A DNA stretch of 64,000 nucleotides from Phoronis australis. Lineage: Eukaryota; Animalia; Phoronida. This document shows, piece after piece, positions 13,259-26,181 of this stretch. Location: NCBI GenBank assembly GCA_002633005.1, contig NMRA01000007.1:634362-698361 (forward strand). The letters are read 5' to 3'. Under the pieces are notes generated by a model. It was not told the origin of the DNA. It did no database searches and saw nothing but the letters and a program-made list of their open reading frames with translations. Positions within the stretch are counted from its first letter, which is position 1. The number at the start of each line of letters is the position of its first letter. The translations under genes and the position numbers were made by a program.

Positions 13259-15418
13259 TCTATACATGTACGTAGAGGATTTTAGAAATTTATACATTTA
13301 CGTATTTTATGAATGAAATGTGACCACCTGGTTACACTTTTTTCACGCAACTATAAGCCTGCAAGTGAAAACTGTCTTTTGATCGCTTTCGACACGTTGT
13401 TTGGGGGATCTCCTACGGATACCACAAAATTCCTGCAAACACACCATAGCGTGACAAACGGTTCCGCTCTCTTCTAGTTTATAATTGGTCACGAGAAATG
13501 AAGTCGAGTGTGGTGGTAAAGACCGCTGGCCCTCCAAACAAGGGCGCAGCTTTATCGGTGAACGTTACGCCCGTAGAATTACGTGCGTATAAGTTAATTC
13601 TTGTTAGAGGCGTAAAGTAATTATTTGCGGCGTAAAGTAGTTACACATAACACTGTATACTAATTTTCGCAGATGTGATGTGCATTAAAAAGTTGCAGTT
13701 AGCCGCCTACATAAGAGCCACTAGAATTAACTTTTCACTTCGCGGACGCCCACCTTACAGTTTCGTGTTACTGGTTTTCTCGCCTTGTTACCACTGAAGT
13801 TTTTAACGTACCGTTTGGCAGGAATTGTAGATGCTCATAACGCGACATAGATTTTCCCTCAACTTGGTATCATGGAAACAGTTCCGTAAGGCGGTACTTA
13901 CAATATATCGCTCATCTCTGGTCTTCGTACATTTTCAGTATTAGCAAATTTTGAAACAGTTATTGAAACAACGGCATCAATTCAAATAAAGTGACTGCAA
14001 TTTGGTTTTGGCTTATTTCTGCCTCCACCACACCAACAATTTTAGAGTTTTCAGAAACTGTCAAGCAGGACGGAGGAAGCGGGGGGGGGCGGGAGAGAAC
14101 GTGCCCCCCCCCCCATCTCCAAATTTACAGGCGTCAGGGTTAAACTGTGGCAACCGACAAAGGCACGGAGCCTCGGACAGTCGAGAAAAGAAAGATTGCA
14201 AATACCGATAGGAGAGAAAATTCAAGAGAACATTTGGCAACTCAATATCAGTGCATGGTTTACACTTTGAGGGCCCTGGCCGGGACATTGTCGTAAGGGT
14301 CTCCGTTTCTGCAGCATAAGTCATCTAAATCCATTAAGACAATTTTAGAAATGCACAACTACATTTTTCCAGAGGCTCCTCTGCGGCCGGCAAGGGATAA
14401 CGAAGACAGCTGTCGATCAATATTTTTTTTTCAAAAATTTATATCACTTAAGAAAAAAATTGATGACCTGACAGATAACATCAATTGTTGCGCATTTCTT
14501 GGTCTTTGAAAATATATATCTTTTCACATTTAGGGGCCCAGCCACTGAAGGGGCCATTGGCGACGTTCATGGGGCAATTCTTTTCATGTTTTTATTGGTG
14601 AATTCTTAAGGGAACGGTCAAGGAGAGAGGGCCCAGTGTTGGAATCGATTATCTCTATTTTCCTGTTGTTTTTTTTTAATCGTTCAGCCGGCACCGTCGT
14701 CTGACCACTCGATGATGGAATGAACTGTCGTTCTTTTCCAAACTTAATGATGTTTAGTCCCATTTCAGACGGGACCCTCCCTCGGTGGAGCGGTTAGGGG
14801 GGATTGTTCCTCTATACATGTAAATCCCGGCGACACTGCCAAGTATTCACGAGGAGAAGTTGAGATTTCAAATTCTTCAAAAACACAAAACATTAGTGCA
14901 CATCACCGCAGTATCAGTTACATTCGACTCAAACAATCACAAATGTGAAAAAACAATAGGATTGACCGCCATCGAAAAGGTGGAATTTTGAAGAACGTGA
15001 ATACCACTATTTGTGAATTACACAAAATGATGTTAATTTTGTCACAAGAATAGTATTTCTTTTGAAGATCGTTACAAGTTGTTTGTAAGGAGTTCGCACA
15101 TGTCGAAGACTGTTGGGGCTACGATTGGTGATGATCGCGTACAGCATGTCGAAACGAGCCGGCACTCAAAGTACTCGCAATCATAAACAAGTTTAATTCG
15201 TGAACCGTTATAGGTACCTCTGAAATGAGGAAAAGTATACACCTTAACACGAATGTCACATCCTCCATGTTCCCCTGATTACCCGCAAAAAAACTGCGAG
15301 CATGCCTTCGGAAATTGTTAATAACATTATGTATTGATAAACAAATTCGTTGGTTTCTGATTTACATGTTTATGTATCTCCGAAAATCGATAAATTCATA
15401 ATTATTTTTGGCACTTAA

Positions 15419-15610
15419 AAGCTAATCTTCTAAGAGTTGATGATGTTTCAGTGAATTTAATTGCAGCCTGGAGTTGTTAAAACTCTACAATACGATCTCC
15501 AAATAGTAAAGTTCATTTGCACAAAGCTAATCTTGTAAAAATTGATGGTGTTTCAGTGAATTTAGTTGCAGCCTTAAGTTGGAAAAAAACTCTATAATCC
15601 GATCTCCAAA
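15419..15610. repeat. Diverged ~105-bp tandem duplication
   Basis: aagctaatctt...gtttcagtgaattta.ttgcagcct...cgatctccaaa occurs twice. Confidence 0.75.
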
Positions 15611-18600
15611 AATGTCTATCACGCAAGCCTATTTTTTGTGTGTCATACATCAGCTGGAAATTTCTCCTCTGTTTTTGTCATTGCTCATTCCAAGCTCTGC
15701 TTATTTTTCGTGAAATAACTAGAATGGATTTCACAACATACCAGTTTATTTTGCTGGATTCTTGTTGGGTTTATCAACTATAAACTATCACTAATAAAAT
15801 ATCCACGTAAGTCATTATGTATAGGAGCATAGGATAATAGCCACCTGTCTTAAGTTCGCACAAAAGTAGAGTACAAAAATCCAAACGTAATTTCGAGTTC
15901 CATTTCCTGTAAAAAGATCAATGACAGGGGCCATGTATCAATTCCGGTATTTTTGGCACTTAATCATGTTTGAAAGTGTTGTATTGTGTTTGGAAATTTG
16001 TTTGAAAAGCTGTTTTTTTTTGCTCAACAGCTTATGACCTTACTGGATTTAAGGGCCCCACCAGAGTATTTATTAGTGTGCCCTCCACTCATTTCGAATG
16101 TTATATGTATATCAAATGCTCTGAGATGTCAGCAGGGTAGTATTCTGCATGCAGCTTTGTTGACCATTGTGGTCAGTGAGAATGTCCTACTGGCATGTGT
16201 ATGAATGCATAGTATGTGCACCTCATTCATGTACCACATCAGTATTGCCTGTGTGGTTTTGGAAATGTGCAAGCTGCTTGTGTTGTTTCCGCATTGTTGA
16301 GCGTGAAATGCTAGTTTTGCTCCTACAAAACTAGGGATGTACATGTATTTATTGCGTCATGTGTCCGTTATTGTTGTTACTAGTTTATTGCTTAACCAGT
16401 GTATCTATTTTGAGTATTCTTCAAGCCTTGGATGACTGATCTTTTCAGTTTAGGATAGTTATTGTTTGCATCCCATGAAGTGAATTACATACTGTCTTTT
16501 TTAGTATTTTTATTCCGTGACTACTGGTGTGGCTTTGAAAATGGTTGTTTTTTAGGCTGAAATGCAGATTTTTTACTAAATTCTGCAATTATTATATTGA
16601 TAACTTTTCCTCGTGAAGGTAGTGATCTCAGTAGTTATATCACTTATGGTGTTTTGTTAAGTAGTAGAACTTTGTACTGCTATGACACAAATTTTGAAGG
16701 TTCCTGTGTTGTAGTTAAGTCCCACTTAAAATATTTTGCTCACTATGTGAGTTATTGTTTACATGGAGGGATTCATACTTATGGATGATCTCATCAGGGA
16801 TTGCATGTAACACTATTTGGGTGTGTATATTTGTTACATGTTCATTGTATAAAGTGTATTGTTTATATTGAAGAGTTTATAATTGTTAGTTTCAAAGATT
16901 TCGGTAGGTTATCTCAACAGTGCTTAGTGCATGTTTTGCTCATCCTGTGAAGTGTAATATTTATACTGAAGAGTTTATCATTGCTAGTGCCTGTGTCCCT
17001 TATTGCTTTTCCCATAGTATGAACAACTAGTCATTTAAACGTTTGAAATTCTCATGTACAATATATATACACTATTCGGAAATCTTACTGTTATTTTCAC
17101 TGCGAAAGCACTAATCTGAAGAGTGGCCTACTTGTTATGTGGAATGCACACAACGCATTGTTAAAGCGAGGTGATCGTATGCCGCTGGGTTTTTGTTTTC
17201 TTACTCTTTGTGAACGCAGTGCCTGTAACTCGCATTTATTTCTAAATTTATGCAATCATTTTAAATTACAAAACATGAAACCCTGGGAACCGGCGGGCAT
17301 TTAAATTTTGACATCATCAATATATACGTGTCATTTGAAGTAGTAGCTCGTTGTAGGGGCCCACGACCAAAAATATGGATACACATCACATGTCTAACCA
17401 CAAAAAACAAGTGAAAGAGTTACTTTTTCAGGCCAGCGACGCGTTGCCCGCTTTGTTTGTCTTTGTCCATTTTAGGTGGCAAGTGGCGCTTTTTTCTTTG
17501 ACGATTTCGCTGAGGTACGTTTCAGAAAATCGTACTGTAGGCCCAAGTCATTTTTTTCTGTGCGTGTTAATTTAGGTACACAGCAACTGAAAAAATGGAT
17601 AAATCACGTCATTTTAAATCTCCATATCGCTCCGTTATGGCCACTTCGACTTGGATGGATTTTGGCTCTTTCAAACACTCCACCATGCCCTATTTTTGAA
17701 GTTCGTTAACGAAAACGTGTACCAGGATTTTAAGGTTCGTGCCCCCCCCCTCGAGTTTTAGTTGGCAATTTTGACATGAAGATCATGGTGATATTTATGC
17801 GTTCCTTGACGAGAATTCCAGCAAGTCAAAGTTTTGCGTAATTCAGCTTTTCATTCATTTTTATAACGTGTATGGTCGCTGGCAAAATAAGATTCCATAA
17901 ACATTTTAGTCTAGATGTTTCCAAACTCGGTTTTTGGCCATAACACTAGTTATAGGAACCTGATTATGAGCGCGCAAGAGAAGACGGAACATATTTGCGA
18001 CGTTTTGTTTACTCAAAGTTAATGAGCCTAAACGCCAGAAAATATTTTTCTCTTTCTCGCTTATAATGATTTTCAAGGGTTTCCGTTATTCAATTTCGGC
18101 AAGGTCGTCGCTTTCTCGCAAAGCTACCGATTGGATGATCAATTACGCACTTATTTGCTCTCCGCTTTAACGCTGATCATCGTCAATACACCTCTAAAAA
18201 TCGCACATCGTCTTTGCGCAAACTACACAAAGTCTCCCGAAAAAAGTTGACGATCGGATAGTGTTTAAAAGTCTAATTCTAAATTTCTCCAGTTAGTGCA
18301 CCAATGAAGTAAACGAAAGTAGTTCTGCTCTTGTCGCGACAGCTGTTGGTATCATTATCTCGATTTATGACCCACAACGCGTGACTGGACTAAGCCTTTT
18401 CAAATTAGTGTAGATAAGCCGGTGGAGCGCGAGACCCCCGAGGTCCCAATCGAGTCCTCACGACAACTCCGCGTTGTGTGATGGCTGCATCCCCGGGATT
18501 GCTCCCGTCAACTATGGAGGACGTGGGAGAGGGTTCTGCACAAAATATGGCGGCATTCGGAGAACGGAGGGAGCTGGTGGCGATAGGAAGAGGGGTAGTT

Positions 18601-19162
18601 TGGCGAAGAATTGGTTTGTGGCCCCCCCCCCCCTCATATATTTTGCCTTTTACGGGCCTGTCAAGTAAAGTTTTGCCATGGTGATAAAGTGTGCATTTTT
18701 GTTGGTGGGCAAAACATTGTCAAAGCCAATATTCAAGCCATTCATGCAGGTGTTATTTTACACAGACTCTGAAAGCCCTAGCCCGCACCATACACACGAG
18801 TATACGGCACCGTTAGCCCCTGCTGCCCGGCCGGCGTCTTATGGGCGGCTCACAGCAGGTGGTAATCTTTCCAAAGTGAATATTAGAAATCTCAAGTAGG
18901 GCCTAATGCACATATATTTTGAGATTTTGCACTTACTTGGTTTAAATCAAATTTAAGTCCCAGAAAGCTTTGTTGCCTAGTATATAAACATGCAGTCGGA
19001 CTTGATTTTCACTGAGTTCTGGACAACCGTGACATCAGATCAGACATCCGTCTGCCTTCTAACAACTCCGATCAGACGACATGTGAACGCTATATAAAGT
19101 GAGAGTCGGACTTCACAGAACAATGATCAGTCCAAAACACAACATTAATACGGCATTAAACA

Positions 19163-19168
19163 TTTATT
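19163..19168 (-). promoter_or_regulatory. Candidate polyadenylation signal for the minus-strand gene
   Basis: AATAAA on the minus strand followed ~25-35 nt later by a GT-rich tract (tgttgtgttttgg). Confidence 0.35.
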
Positions 19169-19244
19169 CTGACATCAAGGATACAATGAAAACTACTATA
19201 TGACTACTCTATCCGTGATTTGGTATCGTAAAATTTAGCTTTCC

Positions 19245-19399
19245 TCACAAGCGAATTTTCTCCTTCAAAGCACTGGCAGACATCGCGTTCTTATCCTTTG
19301 GTTCGCCGGAATTAAAACTGCTTACAACAAATCGCCTGAATTCCTCCGACAACCATTGGCGATGGAACTTAACCCACTGCGACAAGCAACTCCATAGGT
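19245..19399 (-). CDS. Possible alternative terminal exon (LWSCLSQWVKFHRQW...KEKIRL*)
   Basis: ttacatcag acceptor, 51 codons open to the stop in phase 1, and AATAAA 77 nt after the stop. Speculative. Confidence 0.25.
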
Positions 19400-20760
19400 C
19401 TGATGTAAAGCAATCTCAAACCTAGAAATCTAAGTGTCCTGAATCCGTCAGCAGTGACCCCTGACACTATTATGAGCAACGCTAAGCCGGAGGCACCTAG
19501 ACTTATATCGGTCAGCAATAATCATTCAAACTGCGTTTCCAGTCATGGTCAGAGTTAATCGGGCATTGCAAACAGGGTCATAAAATGTAATAAAGAACTA
19601 TGCATATCAAAACACCACAACACTGCTTTTGAAACTACACATTTTCAATAATTATTGATTCCAAAAATATGTAGAACATAAAAAGTAACCGAAATTGGTG
19701 TTCGAATCATAAAAATTTGTTCACTTTAACTGAGTTTACACCAAAATTAAATTGACTTCATCTGCTTGACTGATAATGAGAACAGTCTTTACTTGAATAG
19801 ATTCATGCTATAACAACACAAAAGACATGGAAATGAGCTGTCTGTACACCTGGATAATGAGTCAGTCCAAGAGGACATTCAATGCAAATGACAAATTCAC
19901 ATCATGATGTACTTAGGGGACACAGCCCTTGATGGAATGTACCGGAAATAGCAATAAACAATACTTTCAAAACTGAAACTAAGAATGTGCGTATGAGCAA
20001 GCTGTATAGGCCTACGTCACAGTCACAAGACGAGAAGACAAACGTGACCAGAATATGCTGTCACTCACCCTCCCAACGCACGCCGCGCCATGACAGTTTA
20101 AGCCTTACAGATATGAATGTGAGCCCATAAAACGCCACACGCCTATTCCATACTGCACCATATATAAAGAAGACAGTTACTCGAGTGGCAAAAGGATCGC
20201 AATTATCTGACTGTATTCTTATAACATGTCACTGATCAGAGCATATACAGTACGCTGAGGCAATACACAAATTAGCCAACACAATTCTTAAATGATTTCC
20301 AAGATACTGTGATTGCACTTATGAATAAACAGATACACAACACTTAAAAACATGAATTTGAAACCAATTCCAAGGTAACCTCGGCCATAGAAACTGGTGC
20401 CAATCACTTAGCACCACCATCACCGAAAAGGTCACCTTGCAGTCAGACTCAAATGCACCAAGAGTCTAAAATCAAGCCAGGTCAAAAGTCCAAGGTCCAT
20501 TAACAAGAATTCACAGAAGAAATATCAGCGATATATAATGCAAAAAAAATTTCCACATAGTAACAGCAATGTCAGTTTTTGGCCATAACATAAATTATGA
20601 TAAAAATGAAATGACTATACACACGTATCACACCGATTCTTAAGCAACGCAGTAAGCTACAGTACAGTATGCCACCTCGCAAACTAAGACCAACTGGTAG
20701 GAATCAGTGAGATGAAGTGTGTTTGGCCACTAATGATGCTTGACTGATGTTTAGCGAAAT

Positions 20761-21569
20761 GTCTGACATTGTAATATATGTGCGTAAGCAAACATTTAAT
20801 ATGTAACCAAGGAGTTTTGTTGTTTTATTTCTAATAGGCAATAAACATTACTGGTTCTGGTCTGTTGTTTTTTGAAAATCCAGGCAGTGGAGCGGTATTT
20901 ATTGAGTTGCTTAATTTTTCAGAAAAGAAAATTCCTCCACTGAAAAATTATCAAAGGTGATGGTAGATTTTTTTAATCATCGCTTCGCAAATCATGGTAT
21001 TTCAAAACTTGCTGGCACTTATTTACTTGGCTTTGTGCAACTTTTTGAGACGAAAAATGAAACCTTTGCTCAAAGTAATGCGGCTGTACATTTTTTTTAG
21101 TTGATAAGTGCAGATCTCAAAATGATGNCTTTTCAAATTTAGCCGGTGGAGCGTGAGACCCCTGAGGTCCCAATCGAGTCCTCACGACAACTCCGCGTTA
21201 TGGTCTGACATTGTAATATATGTGCGTAAGCAAACATTTAATATGTAACCAAGGAGTTTTGTTGTTTTATTTCTAACAGGCAATAAACATTACTGGTTCT
21301 GGTCTGTTGTTTTTTGAAAATCCAGGCAGTGGAGCGGTATTTATTGAGTTGCTTAATTTTTCAGAAAAGAAAATTCCTCCACTGAAAAATTATCAAAGGT
21401 GATGGTAGATTTTTTTAATCATCGCTTCGCAAATCATGGTATTTCAAAACTTGCTGGCACTTATTTACTTGGCTTTGTGCAACTTTTTGAGACGAAAAAT
21501 GAAACCTTTGCTCAAAGTAATGCGGCTGTACATTTTTTTTAGTTGATAAGTGCAGATCTCAAAATGATG
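20761..21569. repeat. 367-bp near-identical direct duplication flanking a single N (probable assembly or haplotype artefact)
   Basis: 20761-21127 matches 21203-21569 with one mismatch noticed. The spacer carries a ~60-bp copy of 18418-18476. Confidence 0.85.
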
Positions 21570-21785
21570 ACAAAGACCAAAACCAACTTTGCCTTTCTGG
21601 TGTTATAGTAACTTGAGCTTCATTCATGAAACTACATAATTGTGCCAAACAATAGAGAAAAATGAAATTATTTAACCTCAATAACGACTCAAAAAAGTCA
21701 ATTTTTCCGTAATCAGAACTCCTAGAAGTTTACAAAATAATGCTGTATCCAGACCATTCTGTTGTCAAGGTACCAGCCAATCAAA

Positions 21786-21914
21786 TCAGTTCTTTTCAAC
21801 TGACACCTCACTGCCAAATTCGCAAAGCTGGCAAGGAGCCTCTGTCATCATGTCCAGCTCCTCGGGACCAATGCTAGCTGAGCTTTCAATTGTCTGGTTG
21901 GAGTTATCTTTATT
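21786..21914 (-). CDS. Terminal coding exon, cytoplasmic tail NKDNSNQTIESSASIGPEELDMMTEAPCQLCEFGSEVSVEKN*
   Basis: catttcacag acceptor, phase 0, 42 codons then TGA. Confidence 0.65.
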   Translation of the reverse strand, partial: NKDNSNQTIESSASIGPEELDMMTEAPCQLCEFGSEVSVEKN

Positions 21915-22512
21915 CTGTGAAATGGACAACAGTAAATAACAGGGCATTCTTATTGCATGAAGCCAGAGCTACGCGGGGGTTCTGGGATTTGAACTCTCAC
22001 CTCGGAGTGCAACCAAAAAAGAGAGAAAGATGTGTATTTTTGATTGCCATTAATTAAAATAATTTTACTTATTTTCATTCCTGATATTTTTTGAAAAGTT
22101 ATTTTTGTTTTTTATATTTGATGTTTTCCATATATATTCCATTGTTATTCCAAGAGACATGCATATTGTTTTGATGCATCTCAATGACAAGTTGTTCAGT
22201 GTATAACTTTTAAATGGCTAGAAATCAAGTACAAATCTGGCAACAGTCAGATATAATCTGCCCACATTATGAGAACCAGTTTGAGACCCATTATTCACTG
22301 GAGAGAACCGGTTATCAAAATGCGGACACATTATATTCAGCTATTACCTCAGGATTCCGCCAAATGTCCATAATTTTTGTTCATTTGCACACGCACAAGA
22401 TTACCATAGACATACACACACACAGAGCAACGCACACAAGCACATATACAGGTGTCTTTTGGCCGCAGCTGGAAATGGAATCACAATGACAGCACCATGG
22501 GGTAATACCTAC

Positions 22513-22545
22513 TTCTTCGTCCGTCTTTATTCTGCGACAGAGGAA
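22513..22545 (-). CDS. Exon FLCRRIKTDEE (post-TM stop-transfer segment)
   Basis: gtgttccag acceptor, GTAGGT donor, phase 0-0. Basic residues fit the cytoplasmic side of the TM helix. Confidence 0.65.
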
Positions 22546-22601
22546 CTGGAACACAATAACAGGAGTGTTATAGAATAGGTTCGTCATTGGTCTCTAGAGA
22601 C

Positions 22602-23236
22602 ATTGTAGTATAAGACAATTACTTACTAAGAGACGTGGTAGGTTGGTTGCAGACGTTTTGACCTGGTCCACCAAGTCTTTGTCAATGAATGAGGGATTTC
22701 CCGCCTTTTGCTGGTTAAGAATGTTTGAATACATGAGAGGTAAGTGGAGGCCTCGGTCCCAGTTCAATGTAGGTGTGGTTATAGGATCCTGGTCACATTT
22801 CAGCTGATGTTCTTTGAAACGGTGAAGAACGGTCAGCTGAAATGTGACCAGGATCCTAACCACACCCACATTGGAGAAACCAAGAGACCGTTCCTCACTA
22901 GATTCAAAGAACATCTGAAACTAGAAAGACCAAAAGCTGTGGGGGAACACACATTGGCGACTGGGCATTCCAGCTCTCTTGGGTCATCCAGGATCCTAGC
23001 CAAAGAACAACACTGGTATGCTCCCAAGCTAAAAGAGTCAATAAACATCAGCATTCAGCACCCCCTCTTGAACCGGGACCGAGGCCTCCACTTACCTCCC
23101 ATGTTTTCAACCATTCTTAACCAGCAAAAGGCCTGGAATCCCTCATTCACTGACAAAGACCTGGCGGACCAGGTCGAAACGTCTGCAAACAACCTACCAC
23201 GTCTCTAAGTAAGTGATCATCTTATACTGCAGGAGT
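22602..23236. mobile_element. Penelope-like element remnant in inverted arrangement
   Basis: Plus arm 22833-23236 encodes the GIY-YIG segment HIGETKRPFLTRFKEHLK...LNRDRG. Minus arm 22602-22807 is an internally deleted inverted copy. Confidence 0.85.
23148..23186 (+). ncRNA. Penelope-associated minimal hammerhead-ribozyme-like motif (variant core)
   Basis: CTGACAAA-GACCTGG-CGGA-CCAGGTC-GAAAC-GTC: a 7-bp stem II between the core boxes. CUGANGA is varied to CUGACAA. Confidence 0.5.
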
Positions 23237-23677
23237 GTTAGACTTAGTGGAGATGCCACAAATGACAATATCCTACTAATATCAAATGGAACTGTACAAG
23301 CCATGCATTGGGGAGTTGATATTCTATAGCAAGGTGTGTGTGTTAAAAATGGTGTTCCGTCTACACTAATTTTTATCATGGAAACAGAATGATATTCATT
23401 GTAACTGACATTTCAGGAGGCAGATTGTACAAGGAAAACTTGTAGCACATAGCACTGAGATTTTATAACTGTACATAATGGAAAATTACCTGGCTCATCA
23501 AGTAAAGATATCGCATGGTATAATGCTTTGTTATTGGGCCACAAACCAATGCCAATGAGCGAAACCAGGGGTACGATGTTCCACTCACGAATAAAGCTAA
23601 AGTGATCACAAGCTTCGATGGATAGCAATATCTCGCAAGACTTTAATACGTGATTTTGCTTTTCCCTTGCAACATAC

Positions 23678-23704
23678 TTCTTTTGCACAACACAGGCCAT
23701 AAAC
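23678..23704 (-). CDS. Possible 27-nt exon VYGLCCAKE (juxtamembrane, maybe alternative)
   Basis: ttttgcctgcag acceptor, GTATGT donor, phase 0-0. Confidence 0.45.
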
Positions 23705-23994
23705 CTGCAGGCAAAATGGCGCTTATAGGTTAAGGCGCTGGGCTTACCACAATATCATAGTCAGCCTGGAACCATCGATTCCAGCCAACCATGAAATGTA
23801 CATTAATAGCCAATGAGGTTGTTTACCACAAGGCCAGTTTTGATCCTTGAGTTTGAGGCAGGAAAACATGACTGGCATTTGACCTTTAGCCCTCGTCAAC
23901 TCCAGATTATGAGGGCTGCATTTCAAATAAGCTCAGTCTAGATTTCTACCTAGGACCAATATCAAATTTATATTACTCCCAGATTTCTACTTAC

Positions 23995-24207
23995 ATAGAA
24001 AACGGTAATTCCAATCACACATATGGTCACCCCAAATACAGTCCCTGAGGTCACAAAGATGAAGAACTGACTGAAGTTGCCGTTAGAGGTGGTTGGTTTC
24101 GACGTTGTCGGTAAACTAGTCAGGTACAAGTACTCGGGAGCGACAGACTCCTTATAGCATGGCATGGTTCTACCATTAATAGTGAAAACAATCATCTCCT
24201 CTAAAAT
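23995..24207 (-). CDS. Exon with Ser/Thr stalk and transmembrane helix (FFIFVTSGTVFGVTICVIGITVFY)
   Basis: tttgcag acceptor, GTAAGT donor, 71 codons, hydrophobic 24-mer. Confidence 0.85.
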
Positions 24208-26079
24208 CTGCAAAGTCATTGAATGTCTTCTTGTAATCTAATTAGTAATTATACAATGCAATTTCTGGGTATTGAAACTATTCAAACACAAAATTATCAA
24301 AATTATCAAACTATTACCATCACAAATAGATAAAGTTTGTAATAGTCAACGAAAACGACTTGCAAAAAATGGTCCACAAATTCCATTTAGTTCCTAGCAT
24401 TGTATCGTAAAATTACAAAATCAGCAGCCAGTCTAATGTAGAATCACGCTCCATTAAACTTGTCAAGTAAGCCTTTTGTGTAGGTACACAAAGTTAAGTC
24501 TAATTTCTCTGAGAGTTGACCGTTTTTCTCCATTCGAAGTTTTTGGAGAAAGTATTTCTTACAAAACACACCTGCTTCATAACATTTGTTGAAAGTCATT
24601 TGCAAGTAGTATTTTTAAATATCGGTTAGTGTCAGGCCCACTGTTTACAACATAATTGCTGAATTACTCCAGGTTATCAGATGAAAGCAGACAATAAGAG
24701 AGCTCAGCACTGCGTAAACATTGGTGTGCCTCTGTCAAACTGACAAGGCAGGGCTGTATCCCCACCGGCCGATGAGTCAGTCACGATACTCATTCCACAG
24801 AGCGGGTGTGCGGTAACTTGGTTAGTAAAGTCAGAGAAAACTAGCCACGTCTGACAACAACCATGTTTTTATTACCCAACATCCTTAGCTACACCACACC
24901 AGAGACACCAAGTGTCGAACAAGTACACTAGACGCAATCAAGATACTGCAGGGTGCGTAACGTGGAATCCACTGCACTGTCTTCCACTCCAACACAAGGA
25001 CATTCATTTGGGAGAGCATGCATCATGCAAAACAGTTGACAAACTACTTCCACCTTGTTGCATCAAAGTCTTTAAGATGCATTTCATGTGAAACTCGAAC
25101 ACCCAAAACGACGTTGAATGGAGAAAAAGGAAAACGGTTGACTGAAAGAAATTAGACTTTTTGTTAACTGTCACCTGCTAATTCATGAATTTGTGGCTGT
25201 AAACTTAGACTCACTTAACCACATAGTAGGCATGTGTGCCAAGTTTAATCAAGCGTGATTCTAGATCAGATCCCTACTATTGGAACCTTCTTGGTTTAAA
25301 CAGTCCAGGATTGGGTTGCATAAAACTTCAAAATTATCCCCTGCATAAGATTGATCGTTGTGTGACATCAAGTGCATTGTTCGCGTGATAATGCGATGTC
25401 TTCGTTGCCATGAAGCGTATAACATTTATGTAACTGGGCACAAGAGAATGGTAAATAATGAAAGCAGGACAGTAACAACACCGCCTGACATGCAGTTTAG
25501 TCTTAAAGTTGATACCATTTAATTAAGGTTCATGTAGGACCCCACAAAAATATCAAAATTTGGCTATGGAGCAACATATTTCGGAAATGGTTGGTCAGAG
25601 TCTCACAGAATTTTCAGATACTACACTTTATACAAAGTTCTCCAAAACACTAGAATTGTTTTTAAAATGTTCAACTTTTGCGCGAGGGGCTATCATTTAT
25701 ATGAGTATATTCAAAAGACACATCAATTTCTGAAAATGATTATGAACAATTTAGAAAACCGCAACAGCATTTCTGAGATTTCATCTCGAATGTTTACATC
25801 AAACACAATCCGTTTATTGATAAAGTTGTTTTGCTATAAAAGTGCCTTCTTTTTTTCCAAAATTTTACTAAAAAGACATGGTCACGTAACTCAATGATGA
25901 CACATTGGATAAAGTCAAAAATCAAACTCTACAGACTTTCCACTTACCGGTAAATGCATATAATATTTTAACTGAGTTAAAATCAATATTCTCCTGTATG
26001 CAGAGACTTGTCAACAAGATTCAACATGACCTTACAGACAGTACAAAAACAATATGTAGTGAGTGAGTATAAAATGTAC

Positions 26080-26181
26080 CATAGTGTTAAGGTGGTCTAC
26101 AAGGGATGGCAGCGTATGGCCACCTTTGCCGCCACTAGGTTGTACAAGGTCAAAGTTCACAATGATGTCATCCTTAGAGAG
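26080..26181 (-). CDS. Exon LSKDDIIVNFDLVQ...LVDHLNTM (SEA-like domain part)
   Basis: tttatttcag acceptor, GTACAT donor, phase 0-0. IIVNFDL is a beta-strand-like motif. Confidence 0.75.

Noticed and set aside
16070-17030. Strand-skewed region that may be an old retroelement
   Set aside because: No recognisable protein motif could be recovered by eye.
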